This document shows positions 12,706-22,529 of a stretch of DNA of 64,000 bases, piece after piece. The notes under the pieces are model-generated. The model ran no database searches. It was not told where the DNA came from and saw only the letters and a list, made by a program, of their open reading frames with translations. The DNA is from an uncultured Candidatus Thioglobus sp. (GTDB taxonomy: Bacteria > Pseudomonadota > Gammaproteobacteria > PS1 > Pseudothioglobaceae), in assembly GCA_900180385.1 (NCBI GenBank), contig FXLX01000004.1, forward strand, positions 2,166 to 66,165, in the 5' to 3' direction. Every line of letters begins with the position of its first letter. Within the stretch, counting starts at the first letter, position 1. A program made the position numbers and the translations under genes.

Positions 12706-13527
12706 ATGAAAAAACTAATAACTGCAGTAGTCAGTTTAGGTTTGATGGTTGGCGCCACATCTGCAATTGCAGATATGGAGTCTGATCGCAAAGCCCTTGT
12801 TGGCCACTTTAAGTCAATTCTTCCAAATGTTGAATTTGCAGACTACACTAATGGCGTATATGCTGTTGATGAAGGCTCAAGAGAGCAATTTGAAGAAATT
12901 TTAGATGGTATTCCACCGTATGAAGATGCTGTTGAAAAAGGCGGCGCAGAGTACTTAAAATATGGTCTTAACAAGTGTGCTGCACTTGCAGATCCAGCGG
13001 CAGCCCGTGTAAAGCATCCATACTTTGATGAAAAATCTCAACAAGTGGTAACACTTGAGGGTGAAATCAAGAGATGTTATAACGAGCAAACTGGTAAGAA
13101 ACTAGGCTCTAGTAAAGGCAAGATTGCCCGCATTAGTGCATGGATTTCTGATCAAGCAGCTGGTCAAAAGATCAATGTAATTGTTGAGTCTGCTGGTGCA
13201 AAAGCTGCATACGCTAAAGGTAAGGCGACTTTCTACGCTAAGCGTGGCCAGTTTAATATGTCTTGTGCAGATTGTCATGTTTACAACGCATCTAAAAAGG
13301 CACGTGCTGATATCTTATCACCTGCGCTAGGTCATACGACACACATACCAATGTATCGTGCGAAGTGGTCTGGAATGGGTACACTGCACCGTCGTTATGG
13401 TGGTTGTTATAAAAACATGCGTGCTAAGCCGTTAAAGGCTCAAACTGAAACTTACCGTAACATGGAGTTCTTCCATCAAGCGATGAGCAATGGTCTTGAG
13501 ATCACTGACGCTCGTTACAGAAAATAA
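12706..13527 (+). CDS. soxA: SoxA, single CxxCH haem motif
   Basis: Signal peptide, RGQFNMSCADCH, LHRRYGGC; operon position. Confidence 0.94.
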   Translation: MKKLITAVVSLGLMVGATSAIADMESDRKALVGHFKSILPNVEFADYTNGVYAVDEGSREQFEEILDGIPPYEDAVEKGGAEYLKYGLNKCAALADPAAARVKHPYFDEKSQQVVTLEGEIKRCYNEQTGKKLGSSKGKIARISAWISDQAAGQKINVIVESAGAKAAYAKGKATFYAKRGQFNMSCADCHVYNASKKARADILSPALGHTTHIPMYRAKWSGMGTLHRRYGGCYKNMRAKPLKAQTETYRNMEFFHQAMSNGLEITDARYRK

Positions 13528-13540
13528 TAGGAGAATAAAG

Positions 13541-13861
13541 ATGAAAAAATTATTAATAATCGCTTTATCAGTATTCGCTTTAACAGCTCAGGCTGATTTT
13601 CTAGACGGACCGCATAACTGGAATAACGGATCATCTGATTCATTCAAGTCAGCTATTAAAGCTGCTGAAACTGGCTACAAAGCCAATTTAGCAGTAGACA
13701 TGGCTTGGCGTGATACAGGTAAGATGATTAAAGAAGCTAAAAAACTACATGCTGCAGGTAAAACTGCTGCTGCAGTGGCTTTAGCTAACAAAGCTCACAC
13801 TCAAACAGTTAACGCTACGGCGCAAACTCCTTTGGCTATGAGTGCAGGTCCTCTTTTCTAA
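13541..13861 (+). CDS. soxK: Small periplasmic protein, probable SoxK (SoxAX-binding protein)
   Basis: AGGAG RBS, signal peptide, MAWRDTGKMIKEA helical motif, immediately after soxA. Confidence 0.65.
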   Translation: MKKLLIIALSVFALTAQADFLDGPHNWNNGSSDSFKSAIKAAETGYKANLAVDMAWRDTGKMIKEAKKLHAAGKTAAAVALANKAHTQTVNATAQTPLAMSAGPLF

Positions 13862-13878
13862 CGAAAAGAAAATTTGCT

Positions 13879-13908
13879 AAAAAATACCCCTTCATTGGGG
13901 TATTTTTT
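13879..13908 (+). terminator. Intrinsic terminator of the sox operon (possibly bidirectional)
   Basis: AAAAAATACCCC-TTCATT-GGGGTATTTTTT. Confidence 0.85.
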
Positions 13909-14170
13909 CGTCTATTGAAAATAATAAGTAATAAAATTAGTTATTATTAAAATTTTCCAAATATTTATAAATCAGGATTTTTTAGTGTATTTATAGCTCT
14001 AAAAGTGGCTTAAAAGTATGTTTTTGAGTTAAATTTATCGCTAATTATGACTCATATTAATAATTTCCAATATTTTTAAAATAAAATTTATTTGCCAAAA
14101 GTAAGTGAATTGAGACTTGTAAAATGAATGGATAATTAATTCTTCTACAAAGTGATTTTATTAAATTTAT

Positions 14171-17100
14171 ATGTCTGAGTTAGGTTTTTGTCATCTACAT
14201 TGTCAAAGTGAATTTTCAGTAATTAATTCACTGGTGCATATTCCAAAATTAATCGACAAAGCGGTTGAATTAGGTATGAGTAGTATTGCACTAACTGATG
14301 AATCTAATTTATACGCAGCAGTAAAATTTTATCAAAAGGCTACAGCTGCCAATATCAAGCCTATCTTTGGTGTGCGAATAAATATTCGCAATGAAGAGGG
14401 TGAGTTTCATTCAGCTTTATTGTTATGTCAAAATCATCAAGGTTATTTAAACCTTTCTGAATTAATTTCGCTATCTTATATGCAGGGTCAATCTGTTGAA
14501 GGTGTAAGTATTAGCGAAGATCAATTGCGCAAGTATAACCAAGGCTTGTTGTTGATTGCTACGCCGGTATATAGTGATGTGGCTAAATGTCTTTTGTCGA
14601 ATCAGTTGCCAGAGGCCAAACAAAAATCTCAATTTTGGCAGGGTATATTTTCTGATCGCTATTATCTAGCTGTACAGCGAACCTCTAGAGAGCATGATGA
14701 GCGGCATTTACACTTGTGTATTAATTTAGCGCTAGAATTAGATATTGCAGTTATTGCCACTAACGATGTCCAGTTTATTAATCAAACTGATTTTGATGCA
14801 CATGAGGCGCGTGTTTGTATCACTCAAGGGGGTTTGTTGGATGATTTTCGACGCACTCGACATTTTTCCGATCAACAGTATTTAAAGTCACCTAAGCAAA
14901 TGCATGAGTTGTTTTCTGACTTGCCTGAAATTTTGCAAAATACTCAGCAAGTTGCACAACGATGTAATCTTCATTTTGAATTGCATAAGAAAAATTATCT
15001 GCCAGATTTTCCAATTCCAGAAGGTTTGAGTATTTCTGAATTTTTCACATTGGAATCAGAGCAAGGTCTAAATTTCCGCTTACAGAATTTAGATATTGAT
15101 CGTAATGAGTATGATGTTCGCCTTAAGTTTGAGCTTGATGTGATTATTCAGATGGACTTCCCAGGTTACTTTTTAATTGTGGCAGACTTTATTAAATGGT
15201 CTCGAGAGAATGATATTCCAGTTGGCCCTGGCCGTGGCTCTGGTGCTGGTTCATTGGTGGCTTATGTGCTAGGGATTACTAATGTTGATCCGATTAAGCA
15301 TGAATTATTATTTGAGCGATTTTTGAATCCTGAGCGTGTTTCAATGCCAGATTTTGATATCGATTTTTGCACTGACAGGCGTGATGAAGTAATTGACTAC
15401 GTGGCCAAAAAATATGGCCGTGAAAAAGTATCTCAAATTATCACCTATGGCACTATGGCAGCCAAAGGCGTGGTGCGAGATGTTGGTCGTGTATCGGGCC
15501 ATCCTTATGGCTTTAGTGACAAAATCTCCAAGCTGATTCCGAATGATCTAAAGATGACACTCTCTAAAGCATTAATGCCTGATTCTGAAGGTGGCTCTTC
15601 AGATTTATTAGCGCGCTATGAATCTGAAGAAGCGGTGACTGATTTAATGAATCTGTCTAAAAAACTCGAAGGTGTGGTTCGAAATGTTGGAACGCATGCT
15701 GGCGGTGTTGTTATTGCTCCGAGTAAGATTAGTGATTTTTGCCCAGTTTATAAAGGCTCTGGTGAAGACGATGGCGTTGTTTCACAATTCGATAAAGATG
15801 ATGTAGAGGCAGTAGGCCTGGTTAAGTTTGATTTCTTAGGATTATCTAACTTAACGGTTATTCACAAAGCTATCAAAATGATTGAAGCTAAAGGGTTGAG
15901 TGATGAAAAAATTGACCTTGATGCTTTGCCATTAGATGATGAAAAAGTTTATGAGCTTTTGCAACGTTGTGATACTACTGGTATTTTCCAGCTGGAATCT
16001 GATGGTATGCGAAGTTATTTAAAGAAATTACAAGCTGATAATTTTGAAGATATTGTTGCGATGCTGGCACTTTATCGTCCGGGTCCGTTAGATGCCGGCA
16101 TGGTAGATGACTATATCGATGTAAAGCATGGCGCCCAAGTTAAGTACCCACACCCAATGCTTAAAGAAATTCTTGAGCCGACAAACGGTGTGTTTTTATA
16201 CCAAGAGCAAGTAATGAAATCAGCCCAAGTTATGGCGGGTTATTCATTGGGTGGTGCGGATTTATTGCGCCGAGCCATGGGTAAAAAGAAAGTTGAAGAG
16301 ATGGATCGTCAGCGTAGCGTGTTTGTTGAGGGTGCGGCTGAAAAAAACATTGATGAAAAAAAGGCCAATGAAATTTTCGACCTAATTGATAAATTCTCAG
16401 GCTATGGTTTTAATAAATCACATTCGGTGGCTTATGCTTATGTGTCTTATCATACTGCTTGGTTAAAGTCTCATTATCCTGCACCATTTATGGCGGCAGT
16501 ATTATCGGGCATGATGGATGATACTGACCGTGTTTCATTTACGGTGGGAGAGATTCGTCAAATGGGGCTAAAAGTTAACGGCCCTAATGTTTGTCTATCT
16601 GATTATCAATTTAGCATTGCCGATGATCGTACGGTTATTTATGGACTTGGCGCTATTAAAGGTGTGGGTGAGGCACTGGTTGAGCGACTTATGATCGAAC
16701 GTGAAGCTAATGGCGTGTTTAAAGATTTGTTTGATTTTTGTGTTAGAATCCAAAAGCGCTATTTGAATAGGCGCGCAATGGAGGCCTTGGTTTATAGTGG
16801 TGCATTCGATGTATTTGGTATCGATAGGGCGAGTTTAATTAAAACATACCCTGTTGCCGTTAAACAAGCTGAACAACGACAGAATGATCATTCTAGTGGT
16901 CAGAGTGGTTTGTTTGCTGAAGTTGCCGAGCACGTAGAATATGAAGTGCATTACATGAATGCGCCTGAATTATCCTTTAGACAGAGACTGCAGTTTGAAA
17001 AAATGGTGATGGGTTATTATTTTTATAATCATCCGACAGATGAATATAAGGCTGATGTCAAGCATATTAGTGCCACACTACCAAGTCAAATACAATTTAG

Positions 17101-17608
17101 AAATAATAAAGAAGTACGCGTTCTAGCATTGATTTCTGAACTGCGCTATATGCCTACACGCAAAGGTGGTCAAATTGCCATTGTCAGTATTGAAGATGGG
17201 AAAATATCATTAAATGCAGTGGTGTTTACCAAGGTACTAGGTTCGGTGAGTGACAAGCTTATTGTTGACGATGTCGTGGTTATTTCTGGAAAAATTCAAC
17301 GAGATGATTACCGCGATGGCTGGCAAGTTATTGTTGATAAAATTGAGAATATCAACGACGTTAAAATGAATTATGCTAAGGGTTTTGAGATTAGACTCGA
17401 TGCACAGCAACAATCAATTTTTCCTAAAATAGGCGAATTGTTACAAGCGCATAAAGGCACCTGCCCGGTGAAAATTTCTTATAACACAAAACGCTTAAAA
17501 GGCAGTATTCCGTTAAGTAAAGATCTTAAAGTTAATCCTGATCAAGCGTTGGTAGAAGCAATTAATGCGCTAACAAAATCTCAATCTAGCAAGATTCATT
17601 ACCACTAG
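14171..17608 (+). CDS. dnaE: DNA polymerase III alpha subunit
   Basis: PHP domain, GPGRGSGAGSLVAY, SMPDFDIDF, FNKSHSVAY. Confidence 0.98.
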   Translation: MSELGFCHLHCQSEFSVINSLVHIPKLIDKAVELGMSSIALTDESNLYAAVKFYQKATAANIKPIFGVRINIRNEEGEFHSALLLCQNHQGYLNLSELISLSYMQGQSVEGVSISEDQLRKYNQGLLLIATPVYSDVAKCLLSNQLPEAKQKSQFWQGIFSDRYYLAVQRTSREHDERHLHLCINLALELDIAVIATNDVQFINQTDFDAHEARVCITQGGLLDDFRRTRHFSDQQYLKSPKQMHELFSDLPEILQNTQQVAQRCNLHFELHKKNYLPDFPIPEGLSISEFFTLESEQGLNFRLQNLDIDRNEYDVRLKFELDVIIQMDFPGYFLIVADFIKWSRENDIPVGPGRGSGAGSLVAYVLGITNVDPIKHELLFERFLNPERVSMPDFDIDFCTDRRDEVIDYVAKKYGREKVSQIITYGTMAAKGVVRDVGRVSGHPYGFSDKISKLIPNDLKMTLSKALMPDSEGGSSDLLARYESEEAVTDLMNLSKKLEGVVRNVGTHAGGVVIAPSKISDFCPVYKGSGEDDGVVSQFDKDDVEAVGLVKFDFLGLSNLTVIHKAIKMIEAKGLSDEKIDLDALPLDDEKVYELLQRCDTTGIFQLESDGMRSYLKKLQADNFEDIVAMLALYRPGPLDAGMVDDYIDVKHGAQVKYPHPMLKEILEPTNGVFLYQEQVMKSAQVMAGYSLGGADLLRRAMGKKKVEEMDRQRSVFVEGAAEKNIDEKKANEIFDLIDKFSGYGFNKSHSVAYAYVSYHTAWLKSHYPAPFMAAVLSGMMDDTDRVSFTVGEIRQMGLKVNGPNVCLSDYQFSIADDRTVIYGLGAIKGVGEALVERLMIEREANGVFKDLFDFCVRIQKRYLNRRAMEALVYSGAFDVFGIDRASLIKTYPVAVKQAEQRQNDHSSGQSGLFAEVAEHVEYEVHYMNAPELSFRQRLQFEKMVMGYYFYNHPTDEYKADVKHISATLPSQIQFRNNKEVRVLALISELRYMPTRKGGQIAIVSIEDGKISLNAVVFTKVLGSVSDKLIVDDVVVISGKIQRDDYRDGWQVIVDKIENINDVKMNYAKGFEIRLDAQQQSIFPKIGELLQAHKGTCPVKISYNTKRLKGSIPLSKDLKVNPDQALVEAINALTKSQSSKIHYH

Positions 17609-17612
17609 AAAA

Positions 17613-19889
17613 TTACTCACACTGTCGCCAATAATAGCGCTTCTGAGCTTGCCGATAATGAGTAATGGTTATTTCTTGGCTTAATGTCACATCAATTTGA
17701 CCAGAGCAATTAGTATTCGATATAACTATATTGTGCGCCTTATATCGATTGATGACAATTTTGGCAGGGTGGTTGAATCGATTTTTGTAGCCGCTTGAGA
17801 TAATTACCAGTTCAGGTGCTACAGTGGCTAAAAATAACTCACTAGAAGAGGTTTTACTACCATGATGTGGGCTGATTAATACATCTGCCTTAAGTTGTTT
17901 CCCCCAAATGTTGACTAAATGCTGTTCGGCTTTCTTTTCGATATCACCTGTTAATATTATTGAGTGTTTTGAGGTGGAAATTTTAAGCACACAAGAGGCA
18001 TTGTTGCCATTGAAATCATGAGTAGTATTCAGCATTTGAAAATCAACCCCATCCCATTTCCAGGACGGCTTGGTTTTGCATAGATTTGAATTAGTTGAAA
18101 TCTTTTCAGGCACAGAGCTAATAATTTGCTTGACTGATATTTTTTTCAAAAGACTATCAAGCCCGCCTATATGATCATTATCACCATGAGAGATGATTAA
18201 TAAATCAATAGCATTAATTTGTTGAGTTTGTAGATAAGGCACAATGACCGCCTCACCCATATTAAAGCCAGAGCGATAGCGCGCACCTGTGTCAAACATC
18301 AATACATGATTTTTGGTGCGAACAACCTGAGCAAGCCCCTGACCTACATCTAATGTGGCAATCATAACTTCACCTTGCTTGAGCTGTTGATGAGGTTGAA
18401 ACAAAGCCGCAATAGCTAAAATTAGCGCGACCTGTCGGAGTTTGAGAGCACTGGGTAGCAAGCCAATCAATATGGAAATAATAAGTAACACCAGTGCACT
18501 AACTGATATCGGCGTGTATTGCCACTGGTTAAATTCAAAAGATTGTAAATAATGTAGAAAAATCGATAAATAAACTAGAGATTGGTTAGCCACTGAAAAA
18601 ATAAATTCACTTAACAGGTCTAGTTGGGCATAGCTTAAGATAATGCCAAGCAATGAAAAAGGTGTTGTAATAAAGCTGAAGACAGGAATGGCAATGATAT
18701 TGGCAATGGGTGAAAAAATAGATCCTGAAGAGAAAAACCAAGCGATTAATGGTATGGTGGATAAGCTAATAAGTAGTTGAATGTATAAAAGACGAAACAA
18801 CCAATGCTTGTCTTGATGTTGTTTGACACCATAAATAATAATTGCCACGACATAAAAAGACAACCAAAACCCAACGCTAAAAACACTTAGTGGGTTTGAC
18901 ACAAGAACCAATAATAGCGCACTACCGTACAATTGCCAACTATTATGATTTCGACGCAAGATGATCGATAAGAAAACCACGCTTGCCATGATAAATGCTC
19001 GTTGCGTGGGGATTGAAAACCCAGCAATTAGTGCATAACTAAAGGCGCTAAACAATCCAAAATAAGCGCCAATAACTGATGCAGGTAGTTTAAGTGTACA
19101 AGTCCTACATTGGCGCCATAAAAAACTAGAGAATAAAAATATAAACCCTGAAATTAAACCAATATGTAATCCAGAAATAACACTTAGATGTGTGGTGTTA
19201 GTGGATTTGAATAACTCCCAATGATCATTGTTAACCAGTGATCTATCGCCAATAATCAAAGCATTAATCACACCCATAAATTCTAACTGTGAGATTGAAT
19301 CAACTAATCGTTTCTGAACTTTATGTCGAATTAAGTCAATCGAAAGGCCTGTATTTGGCGCTAAAAGTTGGTTTGAATCACTTCTTTTGACATAGCCAGT
19401 GGCATCAAATTGTTTAAAAAATAACCACTTTTCGTAATCAAAGCCACCTTCATTTTGGTAACTATTGTTGTGTTTTATTTTGATTAGAAACTTCCATTGA
19501 TCGCCACTATGGATTTTTACTCTAGATTTTTCATACCAAGATAGTTTAAGTTTGGCCTTAAAAGGAGAAGAAGCTTTAAAAATAAATTGGGTTTTATTGT
19601 TACCAACTTTGGGAATATCTTCAATAGTGCCTATAACGTTAATAGTCGTATTGAAGAACTTTTCATCAATATTGACTTGTAACGCTTGATTGGAAAATAG
19701 TCCCATCCAGACAAAACCAAGCATAAAAATCACTAAGTTTATTGCAATGGATTTTTGACGCCTAAAAGTGACTAAAACAGCTAACAATAAGGCAAAAAAC
19801 AAACTTATTTCAAATATTGATAATGATAGGGTGTTTTTAGTTGAAAACACCATGATTCCGAGCAAAAAATTAAGGGCAAAAAATAGCAT
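17613..19889 (-). CDS. comEC: DNA internalization competence protein ComEC/Rec2
   Basis: Multi-TM, HLSVISGLHIG, TLDVGQG, SHGDNDHIGG and PHHGS metallo-beta-lactamase motifs. Confidence 0.93.
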   Translation of the reverse strand: MLFFALNFLLGIMVFSTKNTLSLSIFEISLFFALLLAVLVTFRRQKSIAINLVIFMLGFVWMGLFSNQALQVNIDEKFFNTTINVIGTIEDIPKVGNNKTQFIFKASSPFKAKLKLSWYEKSRVKIHSGDQWKFLIKIKHNNSYQNEGGFDYEKWLFFKQFDATGYVKRSDSNQLLAPNTGLSIDLIRHKVQKRLVDSISQLEFMGVINALIIGDRSLVNNDHWELFKSTNTTHLSVISGLHIGLISGFIFLFSSFLWRQCRTCTLKLPASVIGAYFGLFSAFSYALIAGFSIPTQRAFIMASVVFLSIILRRNHNSWQLYGSALLLVLVSNPLSVFSVGFWLSFYVVAIIIYGVKQHQDKHWLFRLLYIQLLISLSTIPLIAWFFSSGSIFSPIANIIAIPVFSFITTPFSLLGIILSYAQLDLLSEFIFSVANQSLVYLSIFLHYLQSFEFNQWQYTPISVSALVLLIISILIGLLPSALKLRQVALILAIAALFQPHQQLKQGEVMIATLDVGQGLAQVVRTKNHVLMFDTGARYRSGFNMGEAVIVPYLQTQQINAIDLLIISHGDNDHIGGLDSLLKKISVKQIISSVPEKISTNSNLCKTKPSWKWDGVDFQMLNTTHDFNGNNASCVLKISTSKHSIILTGDIEKKAEQHLVNIWGKQLKADVLISPHHGSKTSSSELFLATVAPELVIISSGYKNRFNHPAKIVINRYKAHNIVISNTNCSGQIDVTLSQEITITHYRQAQKRYYWRQCE

Positions 19890-19898
19890 AATTAAGGC

Positions 19899-19991
19899 TT
19901 AATAATTCAAAAAATTAACACTTGTTAAATTACAGTTTAACGATCGTCTAATAGTTCGTGAAACCCTTGGTTTAACACGTGAAACACGCAT
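19899..19991 (-). CDS. Putative 30-aa Arg-rich small protein (MRVSRVKPRVSRTIRRSLNCNLTSVNFLNY)
   Basis: GAGGA RBS 5 nt before ATG; TAA 9 nt upstream of the comEC ATG; too short for the ORF track. Confidence 0.4.
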   Translation of the reverse strand: MRVSRVKPRVSRTIRRSLNCNLTSVNFLNY

Positions 19992-20171
19992 AGTTTTCCT
20001 CAGTTATGTGTTTACGAGTGTTAATGAAAGTTTTCTAATATTATGGCTTTATCTATAAAATTATAACTCATTGATTTTTAATTAAAAAAAACAACTGATT
20101 AGTTTTTATTCAAAACCATAAGAAAGACCAATACATCAACGTTTTTGATACATTTAATAGAGATATTAACA

Positions 20172-20199
20172 GAGTTATCCACAGTTTTGTGAGTAACTC
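20172..20199. promoter_or_regulatory. Inverted repeat containing a perfect DnaA box
   Basis: GAGTTATCCACA-GTTT-TGTGAGTAACTC; TTATCCACA at 20175-20183. Confidence 0.45.
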
Positions 20200-20233
20200 G
20201 AATGGGTGTTGATTTAACGCTGTTTTTTGGCGT

Positions 20234-21427
20234 TTATAAGAACTCTTTAATGAAGATTTTTAGAATGTTATCTGCAATCTTTATTTTGCTGTTTTTAGCG
20301 ATATTTTGTTGCTGATTTTGACTGATGAAAATCACTTGATTTTCATCAGAATTAAAGCCAATTTCATCACTAGAAACATCATTTAGAATAATGACGTCAG
20401 AAGCCTTGTTTTTTAGCTTAATTTGGGCATTTTCCAGGGTATTTTGCGTCTCTGCTGCAAAGCCAATACACAAGGGTTTTTTGTTGAGTTTGCAAACATC
20501 TGCCAAAATGTCTTTATTAGGGGTTAACTCTAAAACTAGATTATCCGAAGATTTTTTAACCTTTTGATTGCTTGGATTTTTTACCTTGTAATCGCTTACT
20601 GCAGCAACTGCAATAAAAATTTGCTGTTGATTGATATGACTCATGACAGATTCATGCATTTGATCTGCACTGAGTGTTTGGATGTTAAGCGCCTTGTCAT
20701 TTAGTGGAATACTGATATTTGCATAAACACAAGTAACTTTAGCGCCCATCTCTATACAGCGATCAACCAGAGCCATACCCATTTTTCCACTAGAGTGATT
20801 GGAAATGTACCTCACAGGGTCGATTGGCTCTATTGTGGCACCAAGAGTAATCAAAATATTTTTACCGCTTAATTGGGTGGTTTCGAATTGATTGGCAACT
20901 TGATTGGCAATATCACTGGATTCTGGCAATCGTCCAAGGCCAGTATCTCCACAAGCCTGCACGCCTGATTCTGGTTGGATAATGGATGCTTGGCGTGATA
21001 TTATAATGTCTAAATTAGTTTGCAATGCATTTGCTTGGTACATTTGCTGATTCATTGCTGGCGCAATCATTAGCTTAGCAGTACTAGCCAAAATGACACT
21101 GGTCAGTAAGTCACAAGCTTTACCATTGGCAATATTGGCAATGGTGTTGGCACTTGCTGGTGCTATTAAAATTAAATCAGCCCACTTGGCGAGCTCAATG
21201 TGTCCCATGGATAATTCAGCGTCTTTATCCCATAAGTTATTGTGAACTTTGTTTTTAGAAATGGCCTGAAGTGATAATTCAGTGATAAATTTAGCGCCAC
21301 CAGTAGTAAGAATAATACGCACTTCAGCGCCGAGATCTTGCAATCGTCTAACAATATCGGGTGATTTGTAGGCAGATATAGAGCCGCTAACACCCAGTAT
21401 GATTCGTTTATTGGTAAGGCTACTCAT
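20234..21427 (-). CDS. coaBC: Phosphopantothenoylcysteine decarboxylase/ligase
   Basis: GVSGSISAYK, HIELAKWAD, PAMN, DPVRYISNHSSGKMG. Confidence 0.96.
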   Translation of the reverse strand: MSSLTNKRIILGVSGSISAYKSPDIVRRLQDLGAEVRIILTTGGAKFITELSLQAISKNKVHNNLWDKDAELSMGHIELAKWADLILIAPASANTIANIANGKACDLLTSVILASTAKLMIAPAMNQQMYQANALQTNLDIIISRQASIIQPESGVQACGDTGLGRLPESSDIANQVANQFETTQLSGKNILITLGATIEPIDPVRYISNHSSGKMGMALVDRCIEMGAKVTCVYANISIPLNDKALNIQTLSADQMHESVMSHINQQQIFIAVAAVSDYKVKNPSNQKVKKSSDNLVLELTPNKDILADVCKLNKKPLCIGFAAETQNTLENAQIKLKNKASDVIILNDVSSDEIGFNSDENQVIFISQNQQQNIAKNSKIKIADNILKIFIKEFL

Positions 21428-22476
21428 GATTTGATTGTAGCAGTAATGCGTATGTCGTTGCCAACCATGCGTAAATCACTAATGTTGAGTTCTATTTTTT
21501 CATTCATATGGTCAATCGGAAGCTGCATCATTGAATTGGCGCTGCTGCCCATCAGTACAGGTGCGGTATAAATAACAAACTCATCGATCAGTTGGTTTTT
21601 AATCATAGCGCCAATTAAGCCTGGGCCAGCCTCTAATAAGATTGAGTTAATGCCTTGATCGCCAAGTTGCTGCAAAATATTGGTTAAATCAAGCTTGCCA
21701 TTATTATCTGTTTGGGTGTTGTTAGTGTTGAACACTTGAGTAGGTGCATCACTTGAAAAAATATTTAGCGCACTATTAGTAATTTGATTCTTGCCATCAA
21801 TCACAACTCGCAATGGTGAAAAATCGACACTTTGTTGGCGTAATGTCATTGATGGGTTGTCTGTAATTACTGTGCCTGATCCAGTCATGATAGCTTGATG
21901 ACTGGCTCTAAGATTTTGCACATCTTTTCTGGCACTTTCGCCAGTTATCCACTTGCTTTCGCCAGAACTCATAGAGGTTTTTCCATCTAGACTCATGGCG
22001 ATTTTACAAGTCACAAAAGGATGTTTAGTTTTCATGCGCTTAATAAAGCCGCGATTAAGGCTGATGGCTTGTTCTTTCAATAATCCAATTTTTACATTAA
22101 TGCCAGCAGCCTCAAGCATAGCTGCGCCTTGTCCAGCCACTAAAGGATTTGGGTCGAGTGTGGCGATAATAACATTGGTAGCACCTGAATCAATAATTGC
22201 TTGAGCGCAGGGTGGTGTTTTTCCTTGATGCGAACAAGGCTCTAAAGTAACGTACAAAGTGGCATCATGTGCCTGATGGTTAATCTGATTTAAGGCATTG
22301 ATTTCAGCGTGTACTTCGCCATAAGTTTGATGATAACCTTGAGCGATTATTTTTCCATTTTTTTCAATCACACAGCCAACCATAGGATTGGCGCCAACAC
22401 CATGTATTCCTTGGTGTGCAAGCTTAAGTGCCAAGCCCATATTTTGAGTGTCATTTATAGAAAAAGATGCCGCCAT
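21424..22476 (-). CDS. ribD: Riboflavin biosynthesis deaminase/reductase
   Basis: NPMVGCVI, HAE...TLEPCSHQGKTPPC, SLDGK, EAGPGL. Confidence 0.97.
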   Translation of the reverse strand: MAASFSINDTQNMGLALKLAHQGIHGVGANPMVGCVIEKNGKIIAQGYHQTYGEVHAEINALNQINHQAHDATLYVTLEPCSHQGKTPPCAQAIIDSGATNVIIATLDPNPLVAGQGAAMLEAAGINVKIGLLKEQAISLNRGFIKRMKTKHPFVTCKIAMSLDGKTSMSSGESKWITGESARKDVQNLRASHQAIMTGSGTVITDNPSMTLRQQSVDFSPLRVVIDGKNQITNSALNIFSSDAPTQVFNTNNTQTDNNGKLDLTNILQQLGDQGINSILLEAGPGLIGAMIKNQLIDEFVIYTAPVLMGSSANSMMQLPIDHMNEKIELNISDLRMVGNDIRITATIKS

Positions 22477-22529
22477 ATTTCAGATATAATTAGTGGTTAA
22501 TTAATTGCATTTTACCTAGGAGAAACAAC

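Noticed and set aside
19890-20233. Chromosomal oriC
   Set aside because: One perfect DnaA box, only one GATC seen, no dnaA/gidA/rpmH nearby and rpoBC would be head-on; kept only as a possible DnaA site
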